From: Lama glama
Lineage: Eukaryota
Length of the DNA stretch: 64,000 nucleotides
Direction: 5' to 3'
Assembly (NCBI GenBank): GCA_028534125.1
Contig: CM052817.1
Location: forward strand, 108,564,001 to 108,628,000
Position numbers and translations under genes: made by a program. The notes beneath the pieces are model-generated. The model was not told where the DNA came from and did no database searches. It was given only the letters and a program-made list of their open reading frames with translations. This document shows, one piece after another, positions 11,450-25,060 of the stretch; the stretch's first letter is position 1, and each line of letters begins with the position of its first letter.

Positions 11450-14400
11450 CTCCTGATTTTCTCTATAATTTTACCACATGTACGGATTTCCCTCTGTACT
11501 ATCCCATGAAAAGTAAATTGCTTTTTGCTTGCTTTGCGTGATCCGATGGGACCATGCTGTGTGTTCACTTTTGTGACTTGGTACACATCTCAAAGCAAGC
11601 GGACTAAGCAGTACTATGTTTTTCAGTTCACGTCGATGTGGATGGCTTCCATCTTCTGTTTTCCCTGATGGACAGTGTTTTGTTGAATGAACAGGCAGTC
11701 TTTCTGGAGTCTTCTACTTTGATGAATCTTTGGCTTGTTTCCAGTTCTTTCTCCAAAAGTGCAAGGAAACGTTCTCGGAGTCTGTAGCTAAGAATGGTAC
11801 TGCTATCTTAAGACATTAATACTTTTCAACTTTACGAGGTGGAGTCAAATTATTTTTAGCAGTGACCAATTTACACTTCTACCAACAGTATACAAAAATT
11901 TGTTTTCCTGTGTCCTCCCCAACCTTTTGATCTGGCATTCCTCTAATTATGGGTAGTGTGGTTAAGTGTAAAATTGTGCCTCAGTGTTAAGCTCTATCTA
12001 TTTTTTCTTATGACTAATAAGGCTGAGGATTTTTTCACTTTGTTTCCAGCTGCTCAGATTTCCTCCTCTGTGACATGCCTCCTCATGCCTTCTGCTCAGT
12101 TTTTAATGGACCCTCTGGTTATTTTATAGATTATTTGGAAAAGAATTGACATCGTTATAGTAATGACACCTCCTGTCCTTGAGAACTTTGTTTCTCCTTT
12201 TATTCTGGTCTTTATTGTCCATATGGTTTTAAAATATTCTTTCTAAGGATTTATAAATCTTTTATAAAGATGTGGTGCATCATTATTCGCATTTATTTCT
12301 TTGGTTTTTAATAGACTGTTGCTAAAGTCCCTTTTTGAAAGTGACATTTCTAATTATATATTGCTGATGTATAGAAATGCAGTCAATTCTTAAGTATCGC
12401 TCTTCTATCTAGCGAACTTGCTAAACTTTTATTTTAATCATTGTTCTGGCAGTTATTTTGGATTTAGAAAAAAAAAATCATGTGGTTGTGAAAAAGATTC
12501 TCTCTTGCTTTCAGTTCTTTCACTCTTTTCTATCTCTTACTAAGTTGTCAACTGCATTGGGACGTATCTCCAACTTCTTCCTGGTTTTAGAGTTTGCTTC
12601 TTTTAAAAATCAAACACTTTAAATTTGGAGTAACTTTAGATTTACAGAATGTGGCGAAGGTGGCACAAAGAGTTTCCATGATGCCATGTCCCTCCGTGGT
12701 CACATCTTCTGGAACCAGGACACCTTTGCACAACTACGGGGTTAGTGTTCACACAGTACTGTTAACTAACCTACACACTTTCTGCAGGTGTCAGCATCTT
12801 TCCCTTCCCTGTCCTTTTTCTGTTTCAGGAGCCTCTCCAGCGTGAGCATTGCATTTAGCCTCTCGCCTTTCAGTCTCTTCCAGTCCGTGGCAATTTCTCT
12901 TCCCTTGTATTTCATGAGCTTGACACTCTTGAAGAGTATTAGTCAGGTATTTCACAGAATATTCCTCAGTTTAGGGTCTTCAGAGGATTTCTCATGATTC
13001 CCCGGGGATGATGGGTTTGGAGGAGGGATTCCAGATCAGTGCGACACCCTTCTGTTCATAGTGAAGTGGAGGGTGCCTGCTGTGAACCCCGCCTACCCTG
13101 ATGATGTTGACTGTGATCCCTTGGGCAGGGCGGGCTTCTCGTCTGGGGAGGAGTTGCAGTCCCTCTCATGAGCTGTTTGGAGACAGGTAACCAAGTCCAG
13201 CCCGCGTTCAAGGAGGTAGTGGCTAAGTTCCACCTTCTGGAGGGGGGGATATATACAATCTACCATTTGGAATTCTTCAGTAAAGAAAACTGTGCCTTCT
13301 CCTTCCCTCCCTCCCCCACACTGTCCATCCTTCCTCCTTTCCTTCCTTTATTTCTTCCATCATTTATATCAGTATAGACTCAGGGATATTCATTATATTC
13401 AGCGTGTTATAATCCAGTGCTATTGTTGTTCAGTTTGTTGCTGAAATTGTTTCACCTTTGGCCCCTGGAAGTTAAAGATTTGCTGTTTACATACCAAGAT
13501 TGACTAAGAAGATTGATGCAGATTTTCTTACTATTTGAAGTATATGATTTTCATGTATTATTTGTTCTTTACCTACGAGGCATTTTTCCCCCTTTGAGAA
13601 ACATGTTTTATTCTTTTCATTTTGCTTTCAAAAGTAAGTTACAGACATGATGAGACTTTACTTCATGAACTAGGAGATTTCCAACCAATTGTCTACAACA
13701 GTGTCACGTGCAGGAAATGTAACATTAGTATGGAACTATCACCAGATACATAGTGGATTTTCCAGTGTTTCCCATGATCCCAAAATGTTACCACTTCATT
13801 ATTTTCTTTTTCTCCTATTATGTTTTGATTCAGTAATTGACCATTGACTGCGTTCAGTTATTGTAACTCTTTTCTTGGCTCTCACAACACTGCTGTTTTC
13901 TTTCACCAGTCCAGCCTGTTGGTCCTGCAGAACGTCTCTCAATTTCAGCTTGCCCGAGTCTGTCTTCGTAATTAAGCTTTGCTGAAAGATTCTGGCCGGA
14001 ATGTTCTCGAGGGGATGGGCGCTCCTGACTGACTGCCCAGAGTGTTGCTTACTGCATTCTCGGTGACACGAATTTGCTTTTTCTATCCTGTGTTAGATGC
14101 GTCCTGCCAGTTTTAATAATGTAGTATTTTAATTTTGTCACTTGAGGATTTTAATAATATCCAGTTTTCTTCTTTTAAATCATAGATCATATATAGGAGC
14201 ATATTGTTTGGTTTTCTATGTTAAATTTATAAGGTTTTTAAAATGCATTTTTACTATAGATTCCTAAATTAATTGTATTTTCAATAGAGAATACGGCCCT
14301 TTGTGATTATCTGAAAGTTAAGACTTGGCTTCATTTGCTTCCATTTTTTTAATTTTCCGAATGCGCCGCCCTTCCACTGTGGGCGGCACCGCCGCCTGAT

Positions 14401-14900
14401 GTGCGGGTACCTCACTTTTTGCACTTGTGCTGATGGCAGCATCTGTATCTTTCCTGATTTTGTTTTCTTCCCGATACACCGATTACTGAGAGAGATGTGC
14501 TAAAGCTTCCTAACAGAGGATGAGTATATTTATCAACTTTGCCTATAGGGCTGTCAGTTTGGGTTTTTATGTTTTTAAATCGTGCCGGTTGGTGTGCGCG
14601 AGCTCAGAGGTCTGAGCTGGTTTACTCATTATTAATGTTTTGTTTTTACTTCAGAGTGTATTGTGCCTGATGTTCATGTAGCTGCAACAGGTGATTGTGG
14701 TTGTTATTTGCCTGGAAATCTTTTCCCCGTTACTTTCAACCTTCCTGTGTCCTTCGTGTGTGTATGTGTGTGTGTGTGTGTGTGTACGTACATGCATGTT
14801 ACTGTGTGTCTGTGTGTTTTGGTTGTCTCTTGTGAGAAGAACATAAGAAACATTAAAAATGCAACTAAAAAAACTTTATAGTTTCACTTAGGAACTTGCT
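11450..14900 (-). mobile_element. Cluster of ancient, degraded L1M fragments, with an L1MC-like 3' end at about 12600-13470
   Basis: T-rich tract with L1 antisense hallmarks, e.g. accaatttacacttctaccaacagtatacaa, ttgctgatgtatagaaatgcagtcaatt, tttagatttacagaa...agagtttccat. Confidence 0.65.
14756..14785. repeat. (TG)n microsatellite
   Basis: Direct reading of the sequence. Confidence 0.9.
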
Positions 14901-14930
14901 CTAGAACATTGATTCTTAGTATGCATATTT

Positions 14931-15422
14931 CATTTTATTTTATTTTATTTTTTGGAGTTTAGTCAGTTTACAGTGTGTCAATTTCTGGTGTACAGCATCA
15001 TATCTCAGTCATACATATACATACATATATTTGTTCTCATATTCCTTTTCACCATAAGTTACTACAAGATATTGAATATAGTTCTCTGTGCTATACAGTA
15101 TAAAGTTGTTGTTCATCTATTTCATATATAGTAGTTAGTATCTGCAAATTCCAAACTCCCAATGTATCCCTCCCACCCCCTTTCCCCTGGTAACTATAAT
15201 TTTGTTTTCTATGTCTGTGAGTCTGTTTCTGTTTTATAAATAAGTTCATTCGTGTCATTTTTTTGTAAGATCCCACATATAAATGATACTATCATATGGT
15301 ATTTTTCATTCTGTCTGGATTACTCCACTTAGAATGACAATCTCCAGGTCCATCCATGTTGCTGCAAATGGCATTATTTCATTATTTTTTATGGCTGAGT
15401 AGTATTCCACTCAGTAGAAATC
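14931..15422 (-). mobile_element. 5'-truncated L1 (end of ORF2 plus 3' UTR)
   Basis: L1 3' sequence with a (TTTTA)n tail; 13-bp TSD agtatgcatattt at 14918-14930 and 15423-15435. Confidence 0.92.
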
Positions 15423-16078
15423 AGTATGCATATTTTAGGTTGAAGGCTGGTATTTATTTTGCCCATTCCGTTTCTGCTCATTTTTCTGATTCTCTGTTTC
15501 TTTTCTTGCATTGGTTTAGTTTCTCTTCTTACCCCATTTTCTGTTCTGCTAATTTAGAAAGTGTACACCTATTTCTGCTTTTAAGTGGCTACCTTGGAAA
15601 TCCACGTTGAACTTAGTATCTAGGGCGAGTTCTTATCTACCCACCTGCCCAGATACAAAATCACCTGAGGACGTTGGACTGCTGTGGGAAGAGCCCTGGC
15701 CCAGCTCACACGCCCTGCTGACAAGACAGGGCAGAGTTTACTGCTCACCACAGTGCCAGGGAGACCACCGGACAGCCTTGGGGAGTCTGAGGTCGGGAGC
15801 AGGACCAGACTTTCTTGAGGATTTGAAGTTGGGTTTCAAATGCTTTGTATGTTTTGACGTCCCAAGTTAAGCACGTGTTGTTATTGTTTCGTGTAATCAT
15901 TGTTTCTGTAGCTGTACCTCTGTCTGCTTTTGGTGCAAATGATTTCTTCTTGCGTTTTGGAATTGTAGGGGTGGGATTATTTTATTTCTTTAAGTACAGT
16001 TTTCAACTTCAAGTGAAAGCCTGTTGGAAGTAAATACTCAATTCTTATTTATTTGAAAAGTTCTGTGTTTCAACTTCA

Positions 16079-16400
16079 TTCTTAGAAGTTGGTCAGACTC
16101 AATATGGAATTTGGGGTTCACTTTTATTCTTGGAAGTTGGTCAGATGGGACATGGAATTTTAGGTTCACCCTCATTCTTGGAAGTTGATGAGACTGGACG
16201 TGGAATTTTAGGTTCACCCTCATTCTTGGAAGTTGATCAGTCTAGACATGGAATTTTAGGTTCACCCTCATTCTTGGAAGTTGATCAGTCTGGACATGGA
16301 ATTTTAGGTTCACTCTCATTCTTGGAATTTGATCAGACTGGACATGGAATTTTCCGTTCACCCTCATTCTTGGAAGTTGGTCAGGCTGGACAGGAATTTT
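16079..16400. repeat. 48-bp minisatellite, about 6.7 copies
   Basis: Unit ttcttggaagttgatcagtctggacatggaattttaggttcaccctca starts at 16079, 16127, 16175, 16223, 16271, 16319 and 16367 (partial). Confidence 0.97.
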
Positions 16401-17303
16401 TGGCTGTGCGTTGGTGTTTTTCTTCATAACGTGAAGATGCCATTCCACTGTCTTAAGTGTTGAGAAGTTAGGTCAGATTACTGCTGAGACACCCCCGCAG
16501 CCTCCCATTGGGTGGTACATTCAGGGTGGGAAGGAGGAATGGAGCTAGGACCCTGCCCCAGGCCCCTGTGTACCACCCGTGGCCCGTGAATCCCTGCTCC
16601 TGCACACTGAGGCTCGGCGGAGACCCACAGGATCCAGAGCATATTTGTCTCACTATAATCTTGGTGTCTTGTGCCTGTTTGTCCTCCTGAGAACTCTCTT
16701 ATTGCCCTGACAGTTCAGTATTGCATTAAAGACAGTGGCTTTCTTTGAATCATTTGTTCAGCAATTTTTATTGTGCTATGCCAAGAGGAGTTTCACTGCC
16801 TTTGTCTACCGTGTGGCTGGAAGCAAGACTGTTTCAAGCAAAGTAAAGTTTCTCTTAACAGGATTCAGCACTCTCAAGTTTAAATTTAAAGTTGATCTTT
16901 TAAAAAATGGCAAAATCAACTTTTCTCCATGACAGTGCTAGAGAAATAAAATACAGATGTGCTGTTGCTGAAATGCATCTTATGAATGTAAACTGCCTCA
17001 TTTTCAGTATTTTTTTCAAGCCTGAAACATAGGAGAGTCTGGAAAATGTGAATCAGTGTTTCAGCTGTGTCTGTAAAAGGACAGACTCCAGTGAGATGTT
17101 TGACATTTTCCCCATGGCCCTAGAGGCTTCTCAAATCATATTTTATAAAGAAAGAGTTGTGTCTTTCTGCTACTGAAGGTGGATATTATTACAAAGAGCA
17201 AAGCAAGTCAGAGGCAAATTAGGTTCCATTGCTTTAACAGCCTGGGAAAGTGTGCAGGCAGCATGGTGGAGGTGTCGGTGTGGGGCTGGAGCAGAGGGAC
17301 GGG

Positions 17304-17334
17304 GTGTGTGTGTGTGTGTGTGTGTGCGCACGCG
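17304..17334. repeat. (GT)n microsatellite running into gcgcacgcg
   Basis: Alternating purine-pyrimidine tract of about 30 bp. Confidence 0.9.
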
Positions 17335-20300
17335 AGTGCACTTTGGTGTAAAAAATACCGAAGTAGGTCTTGTTTTTTAATATTGTCTGTGCCTGAGTGG
17401 TTCTTATATGAGTGACATATGGTGTCTTTAAAAGGTCTTATTTTTAGTGGAAAACTTTTTAAAAAATATTTTTGTTTGTTTTCCTTCTGACCTAAATAAC
17501 TTATACTTATCATACAGTGTATTTTACAAAGAGAAAGACTGTAGGAACAGCATTTAAAATCAATCAGTCCAATTTAACATAGTGCCTGTTTCACCAAAAA
17601 CAGCTGACTTTCTTTTGGAGGAAACTCTCACCAGTCCAATGGGGAAAGAATTTTATGACAGAAATGTTAAATACGCTAAATGAAATAAACACTTTTCTTA
17701 ATATTTAGAATTTGAGATGATCAAAATTGTTCGTTTTTCTGTAAAATTAAAGACGGCGCTTAGACACTTTCCTCGCTTCCTGCTGTTTGCAGTGGAATCC
17801 ATGTGGCGTCATTGTTTGCTCATGTACTTACTCTTGAATTCAAGGCGCGTGTTCTGATCACTGTGTGAGGTCGGAGGGGGCTGCGCCCTCAGGTAGCTCA
17901 CAGTCTGGGGAAAGAGGCAGACGAGTAAGTAGGCAATTAAGATCAAGGCCACCAGCCCCCGAAGATGTTTGTAAACACAGAGCCCGGTCATTACCGTAAC
18001 TGGCGGCATCTAGATTGCTCTGTTGACCATTCTCTAATTGAGACTTAACTGTGTATCTTACCAGCAACAGTCTCCAAATAACTGCTGTTCATTATTATGG
18101 AGAAAGTAGGTGCAGACATTAACCCACCAGACAGACCTCAAAGACCCAAACACTCACTCTCTCTGTTTCCCTCCAGTAGACAGAACGTTCGAGTAGAGCG
18201 TAGATTTCTTATATCAGCTTGTCAAGGACAGTGCAAGCTATAGCTGCTAACATTTTGAAGGAAACAATTATTTTATGAAAAGGAATAGAAAATATTTCTC
18301 AGTTCCGCTGCCATGCAACTGAAATAAAGGGAGACAGTGTTATTTAGCCGATAATGACCCTTAGAGACCCGTCCGTGCGTCATAAAAGAGTTAATTTTTC
18401 AAGCCAGATGTTTGCAGGAGCCCCTTGTACTGATGAAGGGAGGGAAAAGGCAGCGCTAGTCATGATTGGGCATAAAGGACCTTACCCTTAAGCCCTGAGA
18501 GGTCCAAAGGCCTCCCGGGAAGCCCCAGGCCTCCGTGATCTCCAGAACCGGGGCTCGGAGTGCGCAGCGAGGCAGGGATGAGCACCTCTGACTGAGAATC
18601 CCAGTCCTGTTCAGATGGAAGAAAAGCTCAGGTGGGACAAAAGCGTCCGTGCCTTTGGAACGTGCGCTGTGGGAACCCTGGCGTAAGACCGGATGAGTTT
18701 TGCCTGGTATTCTCCGGTGTGCCTTCCGGACCCATGGCCAGGGGTAAGAGGACCAGGTTGGCTTGGAGTCCTGATTATTCATTCCCAAGACTTTCTGAAA
18801 GGGCCTGTCTGAGCAGAAGCAAGTGCAGGTGGGCTACCTAAGCAGATCACTGCCCTTTTAAGGAAGAAGGGGAGAAAATTCAGTTAAAATAAAATAATGT
18901 GTGGGTTTTGGAGGACTGAGCCCTCCAGACAGAGCGAGGCTGGTTCCCGGGAGCGGGCGGTGCTGTGGGTGTGGCTGGGGGCGGGGCTGGTTCCGGAGCC
19001 CTTGGGATGCTGGGCTGATGGGTTTGGATTGCCTTCGTTTGCTCTCCGAAGCTAAGGGTTTAGTGGCAGACAGAGCATGTTCTGGTCTCTATTATTTGAG
19101 ATGAAAAAACTGACAGAAGCCACGCAAAACAGATGGGAGAAGAGTTTAAGGGCACTTAGAAGAGATGAAAAGAATTTTATTTCTCAAACACAAAACTTTA
19201 CAGGTCGATAGTTGCTCAGCCCCCCCCCACCTTGGCCTGATTGTTCTCCTCTTCATCTAAGGACAGCACGCACCCTCCTTTCTCACCGTCACCTGCTTCT
19301 GTGTTAAACTCCGTGTCGGGGTGGGGAGAGCGGAAGTGGGGGCTCAGGGACTGTGTGCGCCTGAACTCTCCATTGGGATGGATGCTTTGTACTTCAAAAC
19401 GCCATCCTCTTGGTCCCAGGGCACAAGTTTTGGGAGGAACAAAATAACCAATTTCAACACTGCTGACAATCTAAATGTTTATATTAAAGACAGACCAAGG
19501 AATAACTTAGTGTGTTAAGTGGCTGCTATGTTGCAGGGAAGAGACGCCTTCCTCATTCCTCCAAGGGTTGGGTCAGGTTCCCACAGGCTCAGAGTGGAGC
19601 CGAGGGTACAAGCCGCTGCTGGGTAGCTTCCGGGAGCCCTGCTGCTACAGCACTGCTGCACGTGTGCCGGAGCAGAATACATCCCCCTGCTAGGGAACAG
19701 CGTGAGTTGAAAGTGGGATTCGTACAAGAGTCACTCGAGGATTCTTTGAGTTTCAAATAATCACAAAAAATTAGCCAGTAGCCGACTTAAAAAGGAAACG
19801 TTTGGATCTGTTACTGAACGTTTCAGGAATGGGCTTCATCCAGGTTTTGAATGGTGTCACCCACTCTGTCTCTTTTTCTGCATCCGTAGACCTGCTTCCC
19901 CCAGGGTTGACTTTCTCCTGCATCAGTCCGTCTTCGTAAAATGGCAGAGAAAACCAGAGAAGTGCCCAGATTTTAGCACTTGCGGTCTTTGAAAGAGCCA
20001 GAACTTTTCCTGCCACAATTCTCGAAAGGGTTTTGCTTGGCCTGGTTTGAGCCAGGTAGCCACCCTGGACCAGTTACCACAGGGGGAGCTACGAGCAGGT
20101 GTTACGGTGCCTGGCGAGATTTGGGTCACCTGCCCATCCTGAAGTGATGGACTGTACTGGTGGAAAAATGGTTCCTGAAAGCCAAACTTTCTTTTCCCAT
20201 CAAAAGGAGGAAGAAGTGTGGGTGGTGCAAAAATCACCATCCCCACGATTGCTGTTGAGACCCAGAAGGAGTTAAGTGCAGCTTTGACATGTACACCTAT

Positions 20301-23300
20301 TGTTTTTCTTGCCGGCACTTGTGGCCACAGAATCCAGTTCTCTTTAGAGTGAAGACGTTGCCCTTTCCAGCACCTCTTTTGAGTACAGTTAGCTCAATGT
20401 CATAATTTATAGTTTTGTTATCCTTTGACCTCTGTAGCAATTACTTGTGTAACTTAAAAAAAAAAAAAAAGGCATTCCCGAGAGGGCTCAAAATGAAGGG
20501 TGGGGATCTGACCAAGTCTGAGATCAAGGGACTCTGCCCTTGGCTTAATGAGATGTTTTGGTTTTATGTTTTGAAATGTTCAAAATCAACATTCCAGCCG
20601 AGAAAGAATGAGTCGTGTAGCTCCCAGCACACATGTCTGGCTCGCCCAGTGCTGTCTGTTTCAGATCGTCTACCTTTGTCCCGGGGCCTGTCCGCCCTCC
20701 CCTGCTCCCAATACCACCCTCTTGTTTTACTTTCCATCCCTGCCTATCCTGTTTATTGCCCAGGTACTACTCTCCCGCAGTGATGCAGCAGGAGTTTGAT
20801 GGGTTTTGCAGTCTGCGAGGATTTGGGGAGTATTTGGGTACCACCCAGTGCCAGGTCTGTACTTGGAGTTGCTACTGTGTCTTCCTCTGGGGTGATGGTG
20901 GGATCTCCGGTTTGACTTTCCCACTGGCACAGTGATACACATGGGCAACTTCTGGGACCAAAGAGACGCCCATATCACTGGCTAGCTAGCTGGTTATCTT
21001 TCTGTATCTTTTTACCCCCAAAGAAAAACCACCCAAGATCAGTATACAGCACCAGAGTAACAAAGGACCTCTACGTGTATGAACCTTAAATACACTGTTA
21101 TAATTCTGCACTGGCCTCTCGCTCCTAAACTTAGTGTTTTATGCAGTTGAAAAAGGCAAAAACCAGCTATTTGCTTTTCGTTGTTGTTCGAACTTTGAAG
21201 ACAGTGCATTGGAGAAACGTACCTTTTCCCCTTTTTGGAGTGCTGTATTAATATAGCACAATTATTACTGGTTTTGTAATTTTTCCTGATTTTGCCCTTC
21301 CCTGACTCTTTTTAAAAAAACGTTTCCTCCCTCCACCCAGGTGTTGAACTTGATTGTACTGTTGGTCTGTTTTGAAATGCGTTGCCCGGTTTCTCTTCAG
21401 TGTTTCTGGACGTAAACTCATCTTGGTGATAAGAGCATGGCTGTTCCAAATGCCAGAATGACTTCTGACTATTCCAAGCTTTCCACTAAATATATTTTAT
21501 CTGTGATTAGCCATTTGACTAACAATACTGGCTAACAGATGTTGTGAAACAAAGCAAAAGCAAAAAAAAAAAAAAAAACCCAAAAGAATTTCTCTATTGT
21601 TTGCTTTCCTGTTAATTTTGGTTTAAAATATGTTTGCACTTGTCTGACTTGTGTTTGATCAACATTGATTAGCATATTAAAAGTCACTCTGAGCCTACCT
21701 AAAGAAAATAAAGGAAAGAAAAATTTATATCTCCAGTGTTAAACTATTAATACCATTTTGCTATACAGCTTTCAAACCGCAGGCTTTCTTCAAGTCAGCT
21801 GGCCGTGACTCTGAGAGCTGGGCGGGGTTCAGATGCCAGCTCTCTTTAGGGAATAGTCTGACTTCTGAAGAAGTCCGTCTTTAAGTAGCCACCTCCTCTG
21901 GCTTTTGCAGGACAGGGAGATGCTGACTTAGGGTTTACTCCTAACTGATGGATGAAGTTGTTTCTAATTATGATTTGAGTTCCCATCTAATGTTTTTGAC
22001 GAACGAATCAGAAGACTGATGATTATTTTGCTGTGTCATTGACAGAGGTTAAGTCGGAGTGTTTAACAAGACCCTTCCAAGTTAACTTGAGCAATGTCAT
22101 CGCGCCTGATTTGTGTGTGAAGGTGAGGATGGGAGTTAAGGGCCACCTTCCTGGCTTCCTTGGCCTTGTTGGTCGTCCCTACAGCTCCGTTTTTGGCAGC
22201 AGGGATGGCATGAGTATTGTCCTCTTGTCCACGTTCAGTGCAGGTAAGGCAGGGCCCCTGTGTGCCCCAGAGGGCTGATTCTGTGAAGGCAAGAAGCAAA
22301 CATGACCATTCACTGAAACTAACAGAACAGAAATAAGGGGATTTTCTGTGTGTAAAAAGAGGATCTCAGAAATCAGAGAGAAATTTCTTTTATTGGATGA
22401 AAATACTTAATGATTAAATGCTATGGAAAAGACCTTTAACATCTCATTAAGTCAAGTCAGGGGAACCTCACCTTATTAAGGACAATGTTCTAACGCGAGG
22501 GCTTATGGTGCTCACTACTTGCCTACAGATGGGGTGAAACTGAATGAAGGTGATGATGGGTGCCTGTGTAAGCCACCGCCTGGCTTGACAACAGTTGGCA
22601 GGACCTCTGTGTGTTCCAAGATACCGACCCAAAGGTGGGCGGTGTGGAAGGAGGGCAGAAGTCTGATCCCCAGGGAGTGAACTTTGCCTCCGTGACCTCC
22701 AATTCAGAGCCCAAGAATGGTTAGTAATGTAGGGAGACACTTCTTTTTATATAGATCAGGATATATGTCCTTGCCCAGAGTAACGTATACCGTCTTTAAT
22801 TTCTGTCTATAGGAACATTCAGGTTACTGGCACACAGATCTGTGTGTTCCTATTCTGTTATTAAAACCCCAGGGGACACCATGATGAGAATGGATTCTTC
22901 TTCATGCAGCAAGGTGAAATTCTGGGTGCATTTTTCAGCGCACACAGTATTGAGACTACTAGCTTGGAAAATGAAGAAATTCCATTTGTACTTTGCTCCA
23001 GGTCCCACACAGATGGCTTAGGTTTTTTAATAGGATGAATTGGCAACTCCTGCACGTGAGAGAATTTAATTCACTAGGAAGAACACTGGCTTGGATTGCC
23101 AGCCACCGTTCAGACACATTTGTGTCATTTGTAGTTGGCTTTGTGGCCTGGGTTCAGTTACTTAACCTGTTTTATCATTGTATTCTTTAAATTAAATAAA
23201 ATAAGGGGGCTGGATTCCAGATGAAGATTCAAGTCACTTCCAACATAGAAAGATCAGTTTCCTCGGTATGCCCACACACATAAGGTCACAGTAACATTTG

Positions 23301-23717
23301 TTTTGCCTTTATCCAAACAGGTAGTGCTTTATAAAAGTTCTTTGAAAATGTTAACGTACAAGGTAATATCATAACTCTTTTGTTCCTGTGGCAAAAACCA
23401 CTACTATAAAGTAGTTATGTGTGTGCAGAATGGGGAAAGTTTCATCAGATAATCTTTTCTGGAATTTTTTTTTTCTTGAATGAGCATAAACCTGGTTTCT
23501 GGGACCGTAACATTTATCATTATTATACTCTTATTGTGCATCACTTCTCTTTTTAAGATTTTTTTAACTGGAGTAGAGTCAGTTCACAGTGCTGTCAGTA
23601 AACACATTTTCTGGAAATGCCATACTGCACCATCCTTTCCTCTCTCAGCTTCCACACCTTGCACATCGCTTGGCCTCCTTCCTTCCCGTTTCTGAACTTT
23701 AAGAATTGCCTTCCTCT

Positions 23718-23852
23718 GTTCAATATCTTGTAATAACCTTTAATGGAAAAGAATATGAAAGAATATATGTATGTATATGTATGACTGGGTCATGATGCCA
23801 TACACCAGAAATTGACACATTGTAACTGACTGTACTTCAATTAAAAAAAAAA
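23718..23852 (+). mobile_element. Short L1 3' end
   Basis: caatatcttgtaataacctttaatggaaaagaatatgaaa...acaccagaaattgacacattgtaactgactgtacttcaatt followed by poly(A). Confidence 0.88.
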
Positions 23853-24919
23853 TCACCTTCCTTTAAATTAATTTTAATGGGACAGAAATTTCCCTACTTA
23901 GGAATCTATCAGGTGCTTAGTTCTTTCTTTTGTCATTTTCAAGCTTTGTGATTCAAGCCCAGGACAGACCCCTAAATGTGCCGGAACCAAGAGCTCTGGT
24001 TGAACGTGCTGCTGAGAGGTCCTAGTGAAGGACCTACCCATCACACACAGGACACTTTGAAGCTTCATTGCTCAAAGAGCCAACCCCCGAGTTACTCCTC
24101 AGAGCTCCTTCAAGCACGTGGAAGAATGTTTGAGTAAATTTTCGAAGCTCAAGGATCCAGTGCTCCCCGGCCGCCTAGAGCCACAGGTTGCTCCCCAGAT
24201 GGCCGTTGGCTTAACCCCTCCTCCTTTCTCAGCAGAAACCCCATGCTTTGACTTCAAAACCGTCATCCACTTCTTGACCTTTCTGTCTGCGGCACCCCGT
24301 CTCAGCCCGTCCATTTGAATAAGCAAGCCACTTCATGATATCAAAATATTTGTGTGAACAGAACCAGTCCTAACTTATTGCCAAAGTGTTTCATGGGATT
24401 GTGGCAGGCGCTGTCTGTGCTGAGGCATCGGGGTTAAGCTCGGTGGTAGTGACACCCACACAGCATGTTGTCCTAGGGAATTGTGGCCCCAACTCTCTAA
24501 TCATAGTTTATCCATCACTTATGTAGACTAAGGGCTTCCAAAAGCGTGACTCTAAGAGTGGTACCTCACTCCCCATGTGGTGCCACTCCTCCTTTAGGCT
24601 CAGCAAAATTCCGAGGTTTATTTATTTCTCTCAAGAACTTAAAAAGGGGGAATTTCTTAGGAGCTAAGAGGAAGGTTTGAAACCCCATTTGGAGTTTTCC
24701 ATGCAGCCTACAAAGAAAGAAGAGAAGGGAAGAGAGAAGGAAGAGAGGGTGGGAAGAAGATGATCTGGATGCCACGGGCCGTCTGCAGGGGACACTCCTC
24801 TCCCAATGTCCCTGTCACCAGGGCTGGGACGGAGAACCCTGGCAGGTAGTGGCCATGTAACCAGTGCTACCACCTACAGAGCACCTGTTTGGGAAGCCCT
24901 GACCTGGGTTAGTTAATCA

Positions 24920-25060
24920 CATGAGCTCTTTCAGCCACTCTTCTTGGTAGAGATTAGTCCTAATTTACAAACGAGGACACAGGCTGAAAGAGGACATGAA
25001 AATTGTCCAAACAGACAGAGCTGGTAAATGGTAGAGACTGTCTTCCTACCTTGGCTCGAA
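24920..25060 (-). mobile_element. MIR fragment
   Basis: cctaatttacaaacgaggacacaggctgaaagagg...cagagctggtaaatggtagag resembles MIR. Confidence 0.5.

Noticed and set aside
16079..16400. Regular repeat array as a CRISPR-like or repeat-protein locus
   Set aside because: Units are head-to-tail with no unique spacers, there are no cas genes, and it lies in a mammalian intron. It is a minisatellite within L1-derived DNA.
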